Shown one piece after another: positions 29,406-39,908 of a DNA stretch of 64,000 nucleotides (its first letter is position 1; each line of letters opens with the position of its first letter). The translations under genes were made by a program, and so were the position numbers. The notes below the pieces were generated by a model, which ran no database searches, had not been told where the DNA came from, and saw only the letters and a list, made by a program, of their open reading frames with translations. Where the stretch lies: positions 27,512 to 91,511 of the forward strand of contig BTVI01000010.1 of NCBI GenBank assembly GCA_045862955.1, in the 5' to 3' direction. This DNA comes from Fimbriimonadales bacterium. Lineage in GTDB: Bacteria; Armatimonadota; Fimbriimonadia; Fimbriimonadales; JABRVX01.

Positions 29406-30194
29406 ATGATGCGATCGCTGTATACCGCCGCTGCAGGCATGGCCGCGCAGCAGTTCAACCTGGACGTGATCGCCAACAACTTGGCGAACGTCAACACCAA
29501 CGGCTTCAAGCACTCTCGAGCGGAGTTCCAGGACACCCTGTATCAGGTTCTCCGCAGTCAGGGCGCGCAAAACGGGCAGGACGCGACTAGGCCCGTCGCT
29601 CTCCAGGTAGGTCTCGGATCGCGCACGGTGGCTACCACTACCATGCTGGAGCAGGGACCCCTGCAGCAGACCTCCAACAAGTACGACCTCGCCATCGAGG
29701 GTGACGGGTTCTTCAAGGTGCTGCTACCCGATGGGTCGGAAGCGTTCACCCGCGATGGGCAGTTCAAGGTAGACGCTACGGGCCGAATCGTGACGAGCGA
29801 TGGATATCCACTGCAGCCAGACATCCTGGTGCCCTCGGATGCCATCTCGTTCACGGTGGGATCGGATGGTACGGTGAATGTGCAGGTGGCCGGAGATACC
29901 ACCATCCAGAACCTTGGACAGGTGCTTCTGGCAAGGTTTCCTAACCCCGCAGGGTTGCAGCGCATAGGACACAACCTGTTCCGCGTGAGCGCGGCGAGCG
30001 GCGATGCCATCGAGGGGGCACCCGGCACCGAGGGCCTCGGCTCGATCGCCCAGTACGCCATCGAGAACTCGAATGTGCAGATCGTCGAGGAGATGGTACG
30101 GATGATCTTGGCGCAGAGAGCGTACGAGGTCAACTCCAAGGCTATCACCACCGCAGACGAGATGCTCGGTCTGACCAACAACCTGAAGCGGTAG
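29406..30194 (+). CDS. flgG: Flagellar distal rod protein FlgG
   Basis: NNLANVNTNGFK, QVGLG, AQRAYEVNSKAI. Confidence 0.95.
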   Translation: MMRSLYTAAAGMAAQQFNLDVIANNLANVNTNGFKHSRAEFQDTLYQVLRSQGAQNGQDATRPVALQVGLGSRTVATTTMLEQGPLQQTSNKYDLAIEGDGFFKVLLPDGSEAFTRDGQFKVDATGRIVTSDGYPLQPDILVPSDAISFTVGSDGTVNVQVAGDTTIQNLGQVLLARFPNPAGLQRIGHNLFRVSAASGDAIEGAPGTEGLGSIAQYAIENSNVQIVEEMVRMILAQRAYEVNSKAITTADEMLGLTNNLKR

Positions 30195-30205
30195 GGTGCT
30201 GACGG

Positions 30206-31291
30206 ATGATTTGGCTGCTGTTACCCCAGATTCAGGTGGACTGGGCCGTTCAGGGCGAGGGGCTGATCAGGCTCTTGGATGTCGAGCGCCCGGTGTATGT
30301 CCGTGAGGTGCGGCTCATCGTCGAGGAAGGCAAACTGCTTCGCTCGACGTTAGGTCCGGCGCTAGACCCGCCGGTGGTGATTCCGAGCGGAACGAGCTCT
30401 CTCTCGGTCCGGGCCGATGGCACGATCGTCGCAACGGTCGCTGGGCTGGCGCGAGAGATTGGCTGTGTCAGCCTGGCTCGCTTCGCGCCTGGGCAGACGG
30501 TGCCGGTGATCGGTCAACCGGGGTCGCCTGGCTTCGGGACGCTTGTTGAGCGGGTCGGTGGAGCGACAGGGGCGCCGCCGGCGGAGAAGGGCACTGGGCT
30601 TCGGATCGTAGGCAAGCTCTCCGCGGAGACCCGAGGCGACCGGGTGCTTCTGGGCGAGATCGCGGAGCTGAGCGGCAGCGAGACGCTGGTTGCTCAAGCC
30701 GAAGAGCTGCCGGTGGGAGCTGCACCCCTGCCCGGAGCCAGCCGCATCCTGACGCGCGGCGAGGTGATGGTAAAGTTGCGGGCTGCCGGTCTAGCGAGTT
30801 CATCGTCGCTGGTCGATCTGCCGGAGACGATACGGGTGTCGCGACCCAGCCAAGAGGTGTCGCAAGCCGAGATCATCCAGGCAGCTCGGCGCGCCCTGGC
30901 CGATCCTGTGGAAGCCGAGCGTCTGTTTGCCACTGTGGCAGCGCGTGCGGTCACGGCGCCGGTAGGGCAGTACGTGCTAACACCCGGTTCGCCCGCACGC
31001 AGTGGCTTGGGGTGGTCGGTCCCCGTCGCGGTGCAGGTGGACGGACGGACGGCCACGACCGTACACGTGCGCTTCCAGCCGACCACAATCCCTAAAGCGA
31101 AGGCCGAGATGGTCAAGGTCGGCTCTCAGGTCACCGTAGTGCTCCAGAGTGGTGGCCTGAGCGTCCAGACGCAGGGCGTTCTGCGTTCTGCCGGCGCGGT
31201 GGGAGACGCTGTGACGGTGTATGTGCCCTCTACGAAGAAGACGCTCACCGGCGAGCTGAGAGACGAGAGTACTGTGATGGTGACCCTATGA
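30206..31291 (+). CDS. flgA: P-ring assembly chaperone FlgA with N-terminal FlgG-D1-like domain
   Basis: C-terminus VKVGSQVTV...GAVGDAVTV...TLTG; position between flgG and flgH; residues ~12-115 align to FlgG. Confidence 0.7.
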   Translation: MIWLLLPQIQVDWAVQGEGLIRLLDVERPVYVREVRLIVEEGKLLRSTLGPALDPPVVIPSGTSSLSVRADGTIVATVAGLAREIGCVSLARFAPGQTVPVIGQPGSPGFGTLVERVGGATGAPPAEKGTGLRIVGKLSAETRGDRVLLGEIAELSGSETLVAQAEELPVGAAPLPGASRILTRGEVMVKLRAAGLASSSSLVDLPETIRVSRPSQEVSQAEIIQAARRALADPVEAERLFATVAARAVTAPVGQYVLTPGSPARSGLGWSVPVAVQVDGRTATTVHVRFQPTTIPKAKAEMVKVGSQVTVVLQSGGLSVQTQGVLRSAGAVGDAVTVYVPSTKKTLTGELRDESTVMVTL

Positions 31292-31875
31292 GGCTAGTTG
31301 CACTTGCACTCGTATTGTTAGCGACCAGCGCCATCGCTCAGTCTGATGGTTCGCTGTGGTCCGATAAAGCGGGATCGTACATCTCGGACTTCAAGGCGCG
31401 CGAGGTAGGAGATGTGCTTACGGTGCTCATCATGGAGAGCAGCCAGGCATCTTCGAAGGCGGATACTAGCACAACGAAAAGCGACTCCGCATCTACTACC
31501 GCCGGTCTGGGTCCGATCCTGAGAGATATCTTGCCGGAGCTGGGTGCGAGCGGCCAGATGAGCAGTCAAGCGACGGGTAGTACCACCCGTAGTGGCAGCC
31601 TGATCGCGAAGATGACGGTGGTAGTGAAGCAGGTGCTGCCCAACGGCACGCTGGTGATCGAGGGCAAGCGCGATGTCATGGTCAACAAGGAAACTCAGAA
31701 GTTGCTCATCACCGGCATCGTGCGTACGAAGGACATCTCTTCGGACAACACCATTCCGTCCTACCTGGTAGGTGATGCGGAGATACGCTTCGAGGGTAAG
31801 GGCATCATCGGTGACAAGCAGCGAGAAGGTCTCATCGTGCGGCTGTTCAAAGGGCTGTTCGGGGGGTTGTTCTGA
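31288..31875 (+). CDS. flgH: Flagellar L-ring protein (no lipobox)
   Basis: GSLW, KAREVGDVLTVLI, VLPNGTLVIEG, ITGIVR. Confidence 0.92.
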   Translation: MRLVALALVLLATSAIAQSDGSLWSDKAGSYISDFKAREVGDVLTVLIMESSQASSKADTSTTKSDSASTTAGLGPILRDILPELGASGQMSSQATGSTTRSGSLIAKMTVVVKQVLPNGTLVIEGKRDVMVNKETQKLLITGIVRTKDISSDNTIPSYLVGDAEIRFEGKGIIGDKQREGLIVRLFKGLFGGLF

Positions 31876-33017
31876 TGCGGGCACTGATCTTCGCACTCCT
31901 GTTAGTGAACCTGGGCTGGAGTCAGAACGAGCTTCCCGCAGCTGCCAGCGGCAGCGATGCCTCATCCCGTGCAGTTCGGCTGAAGGACATCGCAGTTATC
32001 CGAGGAGCGCGTAGCAATCAACTAACCGGTGTAGGTGTGGTGGTAGGGCTCGAGGGCACGGGTGATACCAAGAGCACCCCGCAGACCCAGCAGGCGATTG
32101 CGAACGCACTGGAACGCTTCGGGCTCTCGGTCAATCCAGCCAGCATGTCGCTGAAGAACGTCGCCATAGTGCTGGTGACCGCGGAGCTGCCTGCCTTCGC
32201 TAAGCCGGGGACGCACATAGACGTCACCGTGAGCAGCATGGGGGATGCGAAGAGTCTGCAGGGTGGTACGCTGCTCCAGACCCCCCTCTATGCTGCCGGC
32301 AACTCCCGCGAGGCGTTCGCCGTTGCCGCTGGACCTGTTAGCATCGGGGGGTTCAACTTCGGTGCGGGTGGCAGTTCGGTGCAGAAGAACCATGTCACCG
32401 TAGGGCGCATCCCAGAAGGGGCGATCGTGGAGAAATCGGTGCCGTCTGCGTTCGTCACCGACAACAATCTTTTCATCCAACTACGGCAGCCGGACTTCAC
32501 CACCGCGAGCAACGTGGCAGAGGCGATCATGGCCGCCTACCCGGAGTGCGAGGCTCTTGCCGTGGACGGGGCGACCATTCGCGTCACGCCGCCCGACTCT
32601 CGTCTGATGGACCCGGTGCGACTGGTATCCCAGCTGGAGTTGCTCGCCGTCACCTCGGATGCACCCGCGAAGATCATCGTCAACGAGCGGACCGGGACCA
32701 TCGTGATCGGCGAGAATGTGCGCATTCGGCCCGCTGCCGTGGCCCACGGCGGCATAACCGTAACCATCAAGAAGACCACCGAGGTGTCCCAGCCGCCTTC
32801 CTTCACCTCAGAAGGTGGACCGGGCGTGCCCTTCGATAATACGGCGGTCAAGGTGAAAGAGCCGAAGGCGAAGCTCGCATGGCTGGACGACATGCCCACC
32901 GTGGCCGACCTGGTCAAGGCACTGAACCAGCTCGGGGTGTCACCGAGAGACCTGATCGCTATCCTCCAGGCGCTGCGTGGGTCCGGCGCGCTGCAGGCGA
33001 CCATCGAAATCCAGTAG
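31875..33017 (+). CDS. flgI: Flagellar P-ring protein
   Basis: RLKDI, NQLTGVGVVVGL, SLQGGTLL, NERTGTIV. Confidence 0.96.
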   Translation: MRALIFALLLVNLGWSQNELPAAASGSDASSRAVRLKDIAVIRGARSNQLTGVGVVVGLEGTGDTKSTPQTQQAIANALERFGLSVNPASMSLKNVAIVLVTAELPAFAKPGTHIDVTVSSMGDAKSLQGGTLLQTPLYAAGNSREAFAVAAGPVSIGGFNFGAGGSSVQKNHVTVGRIPEGAIVEKSVPSAFVTDNNLFIQLRQPDFTTASNVAEAIMAAYPECEALAVDGATIRVTPPDSRLMDPVRLVSQLELLAVTSDAPAKIIVNERTGTIVIGENVRIRPAAVAHGGITVTIKKTTEVSQPPSFTSEGGPGVPFDNTAVKVKEPKAKLAWLDDMPTVADLVKALNQLGVSPRDLIAILQALRGSGALQATIEIQ

Positions 33018-33027
33018 GGGGCGAGAG

Positions 33028-33333
33028 ATGCTGACCGGCAAAATCCCAGCAATCCAAATGGTGAAAGAGACGAGTGCGAAGCGGAATGAACTTCGGAAGG
33101 CCACCCAAGGAGTGGAGGCCCTCTTCGTTCAGCAACTCCTAAGCGCGATGCGGCGAACTGCCTCGTTCGGGGATTCCTCTAGCGGGGCCACGGCAGTGTA
33201 CCAGGACCTCATGGACCAAGCCGTGGCACAGGAGATCGCGAGGACGAGCCGCTTCGGCATCGGCGACCTGTTGTATCGCCAGTTCGCGGACCGGGTGCTG
33301 GACGGGGAACGAGCAACGGAGGGCGAACGATGA
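33028..33333 (+). CDS. flgJ: FlgJ rod-binding domain only (no muramidase)
   Basis: LRKATQGVEALFVQQLLSAMR, GIGDLLYRQF. Confidence 0.8.
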   Translation: MLTGKIPAIQMVKETSAKRNELRKATQGVEALFVQQLLSAMRRTASFGDSSSGATAVYQDLMDQAVAQEIARTSRFGIGDLLYRQFADRVLDGERATEGER

Positions 33334-33800
33334 CCCCTCGCCACGTCGCGACGCTATGGTCGGAATGGGTGCGGAGCGCGGAAGCGTTGCTCCAGGTGCT
33401 AGCATGCCAGGAGCGGGCGCTTATCTCGCGTGACACCGACCAGGTCCAGGACTGCCTCGAACAGGTCGAGTCTGCGCGAATCGCTCTGCAGGCGAAGGAT
33501 GAGGAAGCTCGCTCTGCCATCTCCGCTCTGGCCGAGGCCGTCGGGTCAGAGCCAACTCTGAGAGAGGTGGCCCGGAGACTACCCCCTTCGGACGCGCGAC
33601 TCCTCTCCAGTCTCGCGGGCACCGCCGAGAGGCTGGCAGACGCCCTGCGAGCCTCGTTCATCCGCAACCACGCCCTCATCCAGAACGAGCTTGCGTATGT
33701 ATCGGGCACGCTCATGCTCATCGGCCAGGCGCTACGCGAGCCCTCCACACCCTATGGCAAGGCCGTGGCGGGGGCTCTGACCCTGGATAGGAAGGTGTAG
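33330..33800 (+). CDS. flgN: Flagellar export chaperone FlgN
   Basis: Helical protein before flgK; NHALI and LDRKV-type C-terminus. Confidence 0.7.
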   Translation: MTPRHVATLWSEWVRSAEALLQVLACQERALISRDTDQVQDCLEQVESARIALQAKDEEARSAISALAEAVGSEPTLREVARRLPPSDARLLSSLAGTAERLADALRASFIRNHALIQNELAYVSGTLMLIGQALREPSTPYGKAVAGALTLDRKV

Positions 33801-33802
33801 CT

Positions 33803-35173
33803 ATGCCATCCGCGTTCTACGGCATCAGTATCGCCGGCCGGGCCATGCAGTCGTTCCAGTATGCGATGCTGACCACCTCGCACAACATCGCGAACGTAAA
33901 CAATTCCGCATATTCTCGGCAGATCGTAGACTTCCGTGACGGCATCCCTCAGTTCGAGATGGGCATACGTCCCTTCTACTTGGGAGGAGGGACGGAGATC
34001 GGTGCCGTCACACGCGTGCGGGACCGCTTTCTGCAGCAGCGCTACATGGACACGAGCACCGAGGGAGGGCGCTTCGCCACTCTGGCCGCAAACTTGAAAC
34101 AGGCCGAAGTAGCCTTCGGAGAGCTGAGCACGTCCTCGGGCATCTCTGAATACCTGGACCAGTTCTTCAACGCGTTCCAGCAGCTCAGTGCGAACCCGTC
34201 GGACACCGCGCTGCGTAGCACGGTGCGCCAAGCAGCCGACCAGTTGGCTCGGCGCTTCAGGACCCTGGATGCCGACCTCGCGACGCAACAGAGAAACGTG
34301 ACGGCCCAAGTGCAGGACCACATCGGACGGCTGAATCAGCTAGCCGGCGACCTGGCGACCCTCAATAAGCGTATCGTCGAGGCGCAGGCCACGGGGGCAA
34401 CTCCGAACGACCTGCTGGACCAGCGGGAAGCCATCCTCGCCGAGATGTCCAACATTGCAGAGGTTCGGTCGAACGTCATGCCCAACGGCACGATGCAGGT
34501 GTACCTGGATCAGTTCACGCTGGTAGACCAGAGCGGGGCGAACGAGCTTTCCACCACCGTGGATGTGGCCACCTCCTCCATCGTGGTCAACGGTCTGAAC
34601 GTCCGGGTCGCTTCTGGCGCCTTGGGGGGCAGCTTCGAAACTCTGAACAAACTCTCCGGCTACCGCACCCAACTGGATACCCTCGCCGGCTCCATCATCT
34701 CCGAGGTGAATCTGCTGCACTCGTCCGGCTATGCTTTGGATGGAACGACCGGGCACATGCTGTTCTCCGGAACCGGCGCGAGCACCTTCGACCTGAGCGA
34801 CGAGGTCAAGGCGAGCGCACAGAACATCGTCGCTGCAGCAACCAACGAGGCCGGCGACGGCAGCGTGGCTCTGGCGATCGCCCAGCTTCGAAGCGCAACA
34901 CACGCGGGCCTGGGCGGAAGGAGCTTCTCCGGGTTCTACGGGGACCTCGTCACTGGTGTCGCGTCGGACCTGAAAGGGGCTCAGGCGGCGCTGGACGCGC
35001 AGTCGGGCATCCGGCAACAGATCGTTGCTCAGATCGAAGCGCAGTCCGGCGTCAACCTAGACGAAGAGCTGGCGAACATGATGAAATACCAACGGACCTA
35101 CGAGGCGGCAGCACGCCTGCTGACGATCTTCGATTCGGTCTTGGAGGAGACGATCGGGCTGCTCGGTCGCTAG
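33803..35173 (+). CDS. flgK: Hook-associated protein FlgK
   Basis: HNIANVNNSAYSRQ, NDLLDQR, SGVNLDEE. Confidence 0.95.
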   Translation: MPSAFYGISIAGRAMQSFQYAMLTTSHNIANVNNSAYSRQIVDFRDGIPQFEMGIRPFYLGGGTEIGAVTRVRDRFLQQRYMDTSTEGGRFATLAANLKQAEVAFGELSTSSGISEYLDQFFNAFQQLSANPSDTALRSTVRQAADQLARRFRTLDADLATQQRNVTAQVQDHIGRLNQLAGDLATLNKRIVEAQATGATPNDLLDQREAILAEMSNIAEVRSNVMPNGTMQVYLDQFTLVDQSGANELSTTVDVATSSIVVNGLNVRVASGALGGSFETLNKLSGYRTQLDTLAGSIISEVNLLHSSGYALDGTTGHMLFSGTGASTFDLSDEVKASAQNIVAAATNEAGDGSVALAIAQLRSATHAGLGGRSFSGFYGDLVTGVASDLKGAQAALDAQSGIRQQIVAQIEAQSGVNLDEELANMMKYQRTYEAAARLLTIFDSVLEETIGLLGR

Positions 35174-35192
35174 CGACCGGAGGTGAGAGACC

Positions 35193-36077
35193 GTGAGGAT
35201 TAGCACGAACTACCAGCAGATGATGCACACGCAGGAGGTCACGAACGCTATCGAGCGCGTTTTCAAGCGCTCGCGCGAGGTGTCCACCGGCGTTCGGCTC
35301 CACGACCCGTCGGACGACCCCTTCGCTGCATCCATGGTGCTCGGCCTGAAGTCCGCACTGGCGAACACGAGCCAGTATCTGAAGAATGTCGGAGTGGCAA
35401 ACACCCGGCTGAAGGCCACCGAGAGCGCGATGGGAGAGCTCACCGATATCCTCAACGAGGTCCGCCAGATGGTGGTTGCGGGAGCGAACGGCACGACGGA
35501 GCAGACTGTCCGAGACGCATACGTGCAGCAGATCAGTCGGATTCAGGAGCGGCTCGTTGCGATCGGGAATCGTGAGCTGGTACCGGGTCAGTATCTGTTT
35601 GCCGGCAAGGCCGTCACCACGAAGCCCTTTGAAGCTGTGGGTGGTGTTATGACTTACAATGGCAGTGCCGAGACGATGGATGTCGAGATACGGCCTGGCT
35701 ACGTCGTCCAGGGCAGCCTTGTCGGGGAGCCGATTTTCACCGACATTTATAGTGCGCTCGAAACAATCAAGACCGACATGAGCTCGGGAGACCAGAACCG
35801 CTTGGGAGGCGACGACCTCCAGTTGCTGGATTTGTTGTCTCGCACCGTGCAGAACCAGCGGGCGGACCTCGGGTCGCTGCTACAGCAGATCGAGGCAACC
35901 CGGGTCCAGTTGGGTGAGCAGTCGGACGAGCTGACGAGGCTCATTTCGGACTACAGAGAAGCGGACATGACGGAGGCGATTGCAGCGTACCAGGCAGCCC
36001 AGACGGCCTACCAAGCGGCCCTCGCGGTGGCTGCCTCGGCAATGCGCATGAGCCTGCTCGACTACATCGGGAGCTAG
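35193..36077 (+). CDS. flgL: Hook-associated protein FlgL
   Basis: MRIST, PSDDP, YLFAG, SLLDYI. Confidence 0.92.
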   Translation: MRISTNYQQMMHTQEVTNAIERVFKRSREVSTGVRLHDPSDDPFAASMVLGLKSALANTSQYLKNVGVANTRLKATESAMGELTDILNEVRQMVVAGANGTTEQTVRDAYVQQISRIQERLVAIGNRELVPGQYLFAGKAVTTKPFEAVGGVMTYNGSAETMDVEIRPGYVVQGSLVGEPIFTDIYSALETIKTDMSSGDQNRLGGDDLQLLDLLSRTVQNQRADLGSLLQQIEATRVQLGEQSDELTRLISDYREADMTEAIAAYQAAQTAYQAALAVAASAMRMSLLDYIGS

Positions 36078-36080
36078 CGG

Positions 36081-36542
36081 GTGAAGATGGTGGCCGTGAC
36101 ATCGCGATTCGGGAGCATCGAGTATCAGGAGGAAGACGTGCTGACCTTCGCCGAAGGGCCGTACGGCTTCCCTGACCTCCGGCGCTTCGTGATCCTAGAG
36201 CACAAGCCGGGTAGTCCGTTCCGGTGGCTACAGTCGCTGGACGAGCCCGGGATCGCGTTCCTGATCATCAGTCCGACCCAGCTGTTTCCCGACTACGCAC
36301 CGAGCATCTCGGAAGAGAGTGCAAAGTCCATATCGCTAACGGCTTCGGACCCGGTCCTCGTTAACGTAGTTGTCACAATTCCGCAAGGGAACCCCGAAGC
36401 CATGACCGCAAATCTAGCGGGTCCAATCATAATCAACCCGAAGACCCGCGAGGCACGCCAGATCATCGTGGAAGAAGGGCAGTACGGCACCAAGCACTCC
36501 ATCATGGATGCGCTAAGCGCCTTGGCCGAAACAGCGGCATAG
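36081..36542 (+). CDS. fliW: Flagellar assembly factor FliW
   Basis: TSRFG, WLQS, TANLAGPIIIN. Confidence 0.92.
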   Translation: MKMVAVTSRFGSIEYQEEDVLTFAEGPYGFPDLRRFVILEHKPGSPFRWLQSLDEPGIAFLIISPTQLFPDYAPSISEESAKSISLTASDPVLVNVVVTIPQGNPEAMTANLAGPIIINPKTREARQIIVEEGQYGTKHSIMDALSALAETAA

Positions 36543-36620
36543 AAGTTCTAGGCGTGTCAGAATCGGTCCGGCTATGTAGTCGTGCCGGCGGCAATATCGC
36601 CAGGGAGGGCGAACGAGAGT

Positions 36621-36839
36621 ATGCTGGTTCTAACTCGGAAGGTACACCAGAGCATCATGATCGGCGACAACGTCGAGGTGGTGGTGCTCGAGGTGCGTGG
36701 CGAGCAGGTTCGGATCGGCATTCGAGCCCCGAAGGACGTACCGGTCCACCGCAAAGAGATCTACGAGCAGATTCAGGCCGAGAACGTGGCCGCATCGCAG
36801 ACCAGCCCCGAAGACGTTCCCGACACCCGCAGCGCCTAG
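36621..36839 (+). CDS. csrA: Carbon storage regulator CsrA
   Basis: MLVLTRK...[19 protein letters not shown]. Confidence 0.96.
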   Translation: MLVLTRKVHQSIMIGDNVEVVVLEVRGEQVRIGIRAPKDVPVHRKEIYEQIQAENVAASQTSPEDVPDTRSA

Positions 36840-36881
36840 GTCCGAGCCGACCCCTCCCATGCCCGGTGCCATAATCCTGCC

Positions 36882-38057
36882 ATGACCCTTCGCTACGACC
36901 GGCTGCCGACACGCCCCGTGCGCGTCGGCGACGTGTGGATCGGCGGCAAGAACCCCATCGTGGTTCAGACGATGGTCACCGAGGACACGCTGAACGTCGA
37001 GGCGTGCGCTCGCCAGGTGATCGAACTCCACGAAGCGGGTGCCGAACTCGTACGCGTCACGGTGCCCTCCCTGGCGGCTGCAGAGGCCGCGGGTCGCATT
37101 CGCGAAATCCTGAAGCGGGAAGGGAAGCGGGTTCCCTTGGTGGCCGACGTCCACCATCAAGGCAGCGCCATCGCCGCCGAAGTCGTGCGCCACGTGGACA
37201 AGGTTCGTATCAATCCCGGGCTCTTCGTCTTCCGAAAGCCCGAACAGCGGGATGTCGAGTACTCGCCGGAGGAGCATGAGGCGGAGCGGCGCGCCATCGA
37301 GGAGGCGCTACTACCCGTAATCGAAGCCTGCAAGCGGCACGAAGTGGCGATGCGCATCGGCGTCAACCACGGCAGCCTGGCCGAGCGCATGACCGTGACC
37401 TACGGCGACACCCCGGAGGGCATGGTGGAGAGTGCGCTGGAATACGTGCGCATCTGCGAGAAGCATGGCTTCCGGGACATCGTGATCTCGCTGAAGGCCA
37501 GCCGGCTGCCCATCCTTTTGGCGGCCAACCGACTGCTGGCGCAGCGGATGCTAGAGACGGGCGAGGCCTATCCCATCCACCTAGGCGTTACGGAAGCCGG
37601 GGACGGGCAGTACGCGCGAATCAAGAGCTCCATCGGCATCGGCACGCTGCTGGCCGAGGGCATCGGGGATACCATTCGCGTCTCGCTGGCCGAAGACCCC
37701 AAGAACGAGCTGCCGGTGTGCTACGAGATCCTGCAATCCCTCGGGTTGCGGCGCACGAAGGTCGAGTTCATCGCCTGCCCTTCGTGCGGGCGGACGAAGT
37801 TCGATCTTCCGACCGTGCTGGCACAGGTGAAGGCAGCCACAGGCCACCTGAAGAACCTGGACATCGCGGTGATGGGTTGCATCGTGAACGGCCCGGGCGA
37901 GATGGCGGATGCGGACTACGGCTACGTGGGCAAGGGCGGTGGCAAGATCGCGCTCTACCGCGGCCGCGAGGTGGTGAAGGAGAACATTCCCCAGGAACAG
38001 GGCGTTGCCGAGCTAGTTGCGCTGATCAAAGCCGACGGCCGATGGGTAGAGCCGTAG
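36882..38057 (+). CDS. ispG: HMBPP synthase
   Basis: [38 protein letters not shown]. Confidence 0.96.
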   Translation: MTLRYDRLPTRPVRVGDVWIGGKNPIVVQTMVTEDTLNVEACARQVIELHEAGAELVRVTVPSLAAAEAAGRIREILKREGKRVPLVADVHHQGSAIAAEVVRHVDKVRINPGLFVFRKPEQRDVEYSPEEHEAERRAIEEALLPVIEACKRHEVAMRIGVNHGSLAERMTVTYGDTPEGMVESALEYVRICEKHGFRDIVISLKASRLPILLAANRLLAQRMLETGEAYPIHLGVTEAGDGQYARIKSSIGIGTLLAEGIGDTIRVSLAEDPKNELPVCYEILQSLGLRRTKVEFIACPSCGRTKFDLPTVLAQVKAATGHLKNLDIAVMGCIVNGPGEMADADYGYVGKGGGKIALYRGREVVKENIPQEQGVAELVALIKADGRWVEP

Positions 38058-38079
38058 GTGCACAGGCGGCCCGTGCAAC

Positions 38080-38874
38080 CTACCGCACCGCCTCCGTCAC
38101 AGGTCTGCCGTCCCACTCCGGGTGCTGCTGCAGGCCGAGGAGGTGGGCGACAGTGGCGCAGGTGTCGTACAGCCGTACCGAGTTTGCCAGGCGTGCTCCG
38201 GGCTTGATACCCGGCCCCCACAGTATCCACGGAACCGTCATGTCTTCGTCCATCTCCGTGCCGTGGGATCTCTCATGGCCTCCGTGGTCGGCGAGAACCA
38301 GCACCATCGTCTCGGAGAGCCTGCCGAGTCGCTCCAACTCGTGGATCATCCTCCCTACACACGCGTCGGCGTTGGAGATGGCGCAAAGGTACTCCTCGCT
38401 CATCCACCCGTGCTTGTGCCCGGTGGAGTCCGTGTTGCCGAAGTAGGTGAATGTCAGGTCGAGGTCCTCGTGCTGCCAGTGACGACACGCCGCTTCCGCG
38501 ACCGCTGCATCGCCTTCGTGCGTCTCGTTGTCTTGCAGGAAAACCGACACGCTGAGGCTCCCAGGATCGGAACAGTCACGGAGGGGCTCCCAGTTGTAGA
38601 ACATGCCGCACTTCCGCCCGGCGGATCCTGCGACATCCAGCACGCTAGGAACGGGTCGCGCGAGCGGGTGAAAGGTGTTGGTATTGACACCATGCCGCCC
38701 AACGTCCACGCCGCGCAGCATAGACATGTGGCATGGTAGTGTCACCGAGGGCATCACGCTGCGAGCATTCGCGCAGTAGGCACCCTCCTGTATCAGCCGG
38801 TCCATCACCGGTGTGTGTGCCTTTGCGAGTCCGTCCGGCCTCATCCCATCTATCGAGCATAGTAGCACGCGCAT
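38080..38874 (-). CDS. Alkaline phosphatase superfamily nucleotide pyrophosphatase/phosphodiesterase
   Basis: SIDGMRPD, PSVTLPCH, DSTGH, ADHGG. Confidence 0.85.
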   Translation of the reverse strand: MRVLLCSIDGMRPDGLAKAHTPVMDRLIQEGAYCANARSVMPSVTLPCHMSMLRGVDVGRHGVNTNTFHPLARPVPSVLDVAGSAGRKCGMFYNWEPLRDCSDPGSLSVSVFLQDNETHEGDAAVAEAACRHWQHEDLDLTFTYFGNTDSTGHKHGWMSEEYLCAISNADACVGRMIHELERLGRLSETMVLVLADHGGHERSHGTEMDEDMTVPWILWGPGIKPGARLANSVRLYDTCATVAHLLGLQQHPEWDGRPVTEAVR

Positions 38875-38881
38875 AGTAACG

Positions 38882-39757
38882 TCACCCCTTCACCGATATG
38901 AACACGATGCCGCAGAGCATGGAAAACGCTGCAGCCAGCTTGGCCCCCAGATCGCCTTCTTGCAAGACACTCGCGCCAACGAACACTGCGATCAAGCCCG
39001 AAGTGGCACGCAGCGGAACCACGTAGCCGATGGGTGTATCCGGCATGGTCAGCGCATAGAGCACGAGCAGGTACGACGCCAGATTCAGCCCGGCCACCGC
39101 GATGCACACGCGGGCGTTCCGCCGCCATTCGTCGGCCACGGCAGTCCACCCTGCTACCCATAGGACCCTCGGCCCCACGAACATCACTGCCGCAACCGAT
39201 GCCAGGCAGTAGTACACGACCGGATGGATGCCCAGCGAGGAGACTCCTGTCTTGTCCACGAGGCTATACACGCTGTAGGTCACTCCCACGAGAACTGCGA
39301 TACGAAGCGCTGCCGCCGCGCCCGGCGTATGCAACTCGACGCGAAGCGCTCGCCTGTGCAGTGCATAGACACCTAGCAGAATGAACCCCACTCCAAACGT
39401 ACCGAAGAGAGTAGGGCTCTCATTCAGGAATACGATGCCCAGCAGAAAGGCGAGGGCCGGACCGATCCCGCGCGCCACCGGGTAGACCACCGAGAGCTCA
39501 CCGCGTGCGTAGCCCCGTGCCAGAGCCTCGTAGTACGCGGCGTAGACTACCCCAGCCGCAAGAACACACAGCCACCCCCGTACACTGATTTCGGCCCACG
39601 GCGAAACGGCAACAACGTAGGGCAGCATGTATAGCGGCTGGATGCTGACATAGAGCACGGTGAAGGCAAGCTTGTTGTCGGCGCGCTTCAGCAGCACGTT
39701 CCACCCGGCGTGGAGAACCGAGGAGCCGAGAATCAGCAGCACTGCCGCGATGGGCAT
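38882..39757 (-). CDS. EamA/DMT transporter
   Basis: HAGWN, YARGELSVVYPVARG, ~10 TM. Confidence 0.88.
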   Translation of the reverse strand: MPIAAVLLILGSSVLHAGWNVLLKRADNKLAFTVLYVSIQPLYMLPYVVAVSPWAEISVRGWLCVLAAGVVYAAYYEALARGYARGELSVVYPVARGIGPALAFLLGIVFLNESPTLFGTFGVGFILLGVYALHRRALRVELHTPGAAAALRIAVLVGVTYSVYSLVDKTGVSSLGIHPVVYYCLASVAAVMFVGPRVLWVAGWTAVADEWRRNARVCIAVAGLNLASYLLVLYALTMPDTPIGYVVPLRATSGLIAVFVGASVLQEGDLGAKLAAAFSMLCGIVFISVKG

Positions 39758-39908
39758 GGGTGCTCCTTCGGGTGTCGGCTACCGGTCACGAAAATGCATT
39801 CCCTCTCGGGCGACGACTCCCTGCCATCTATCACACACAATGGGAAGGAGACCGGCTAATCGTAGCGAAGGCATTCACAACAAACGACTCTCCTCGATGG
39901 AGGCACTT

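Noticed and set aside
36081..36839. fliW-csrA as a novel system
   Set aside because: This is the well-described flagellin-FliW-CsrA partner switch.
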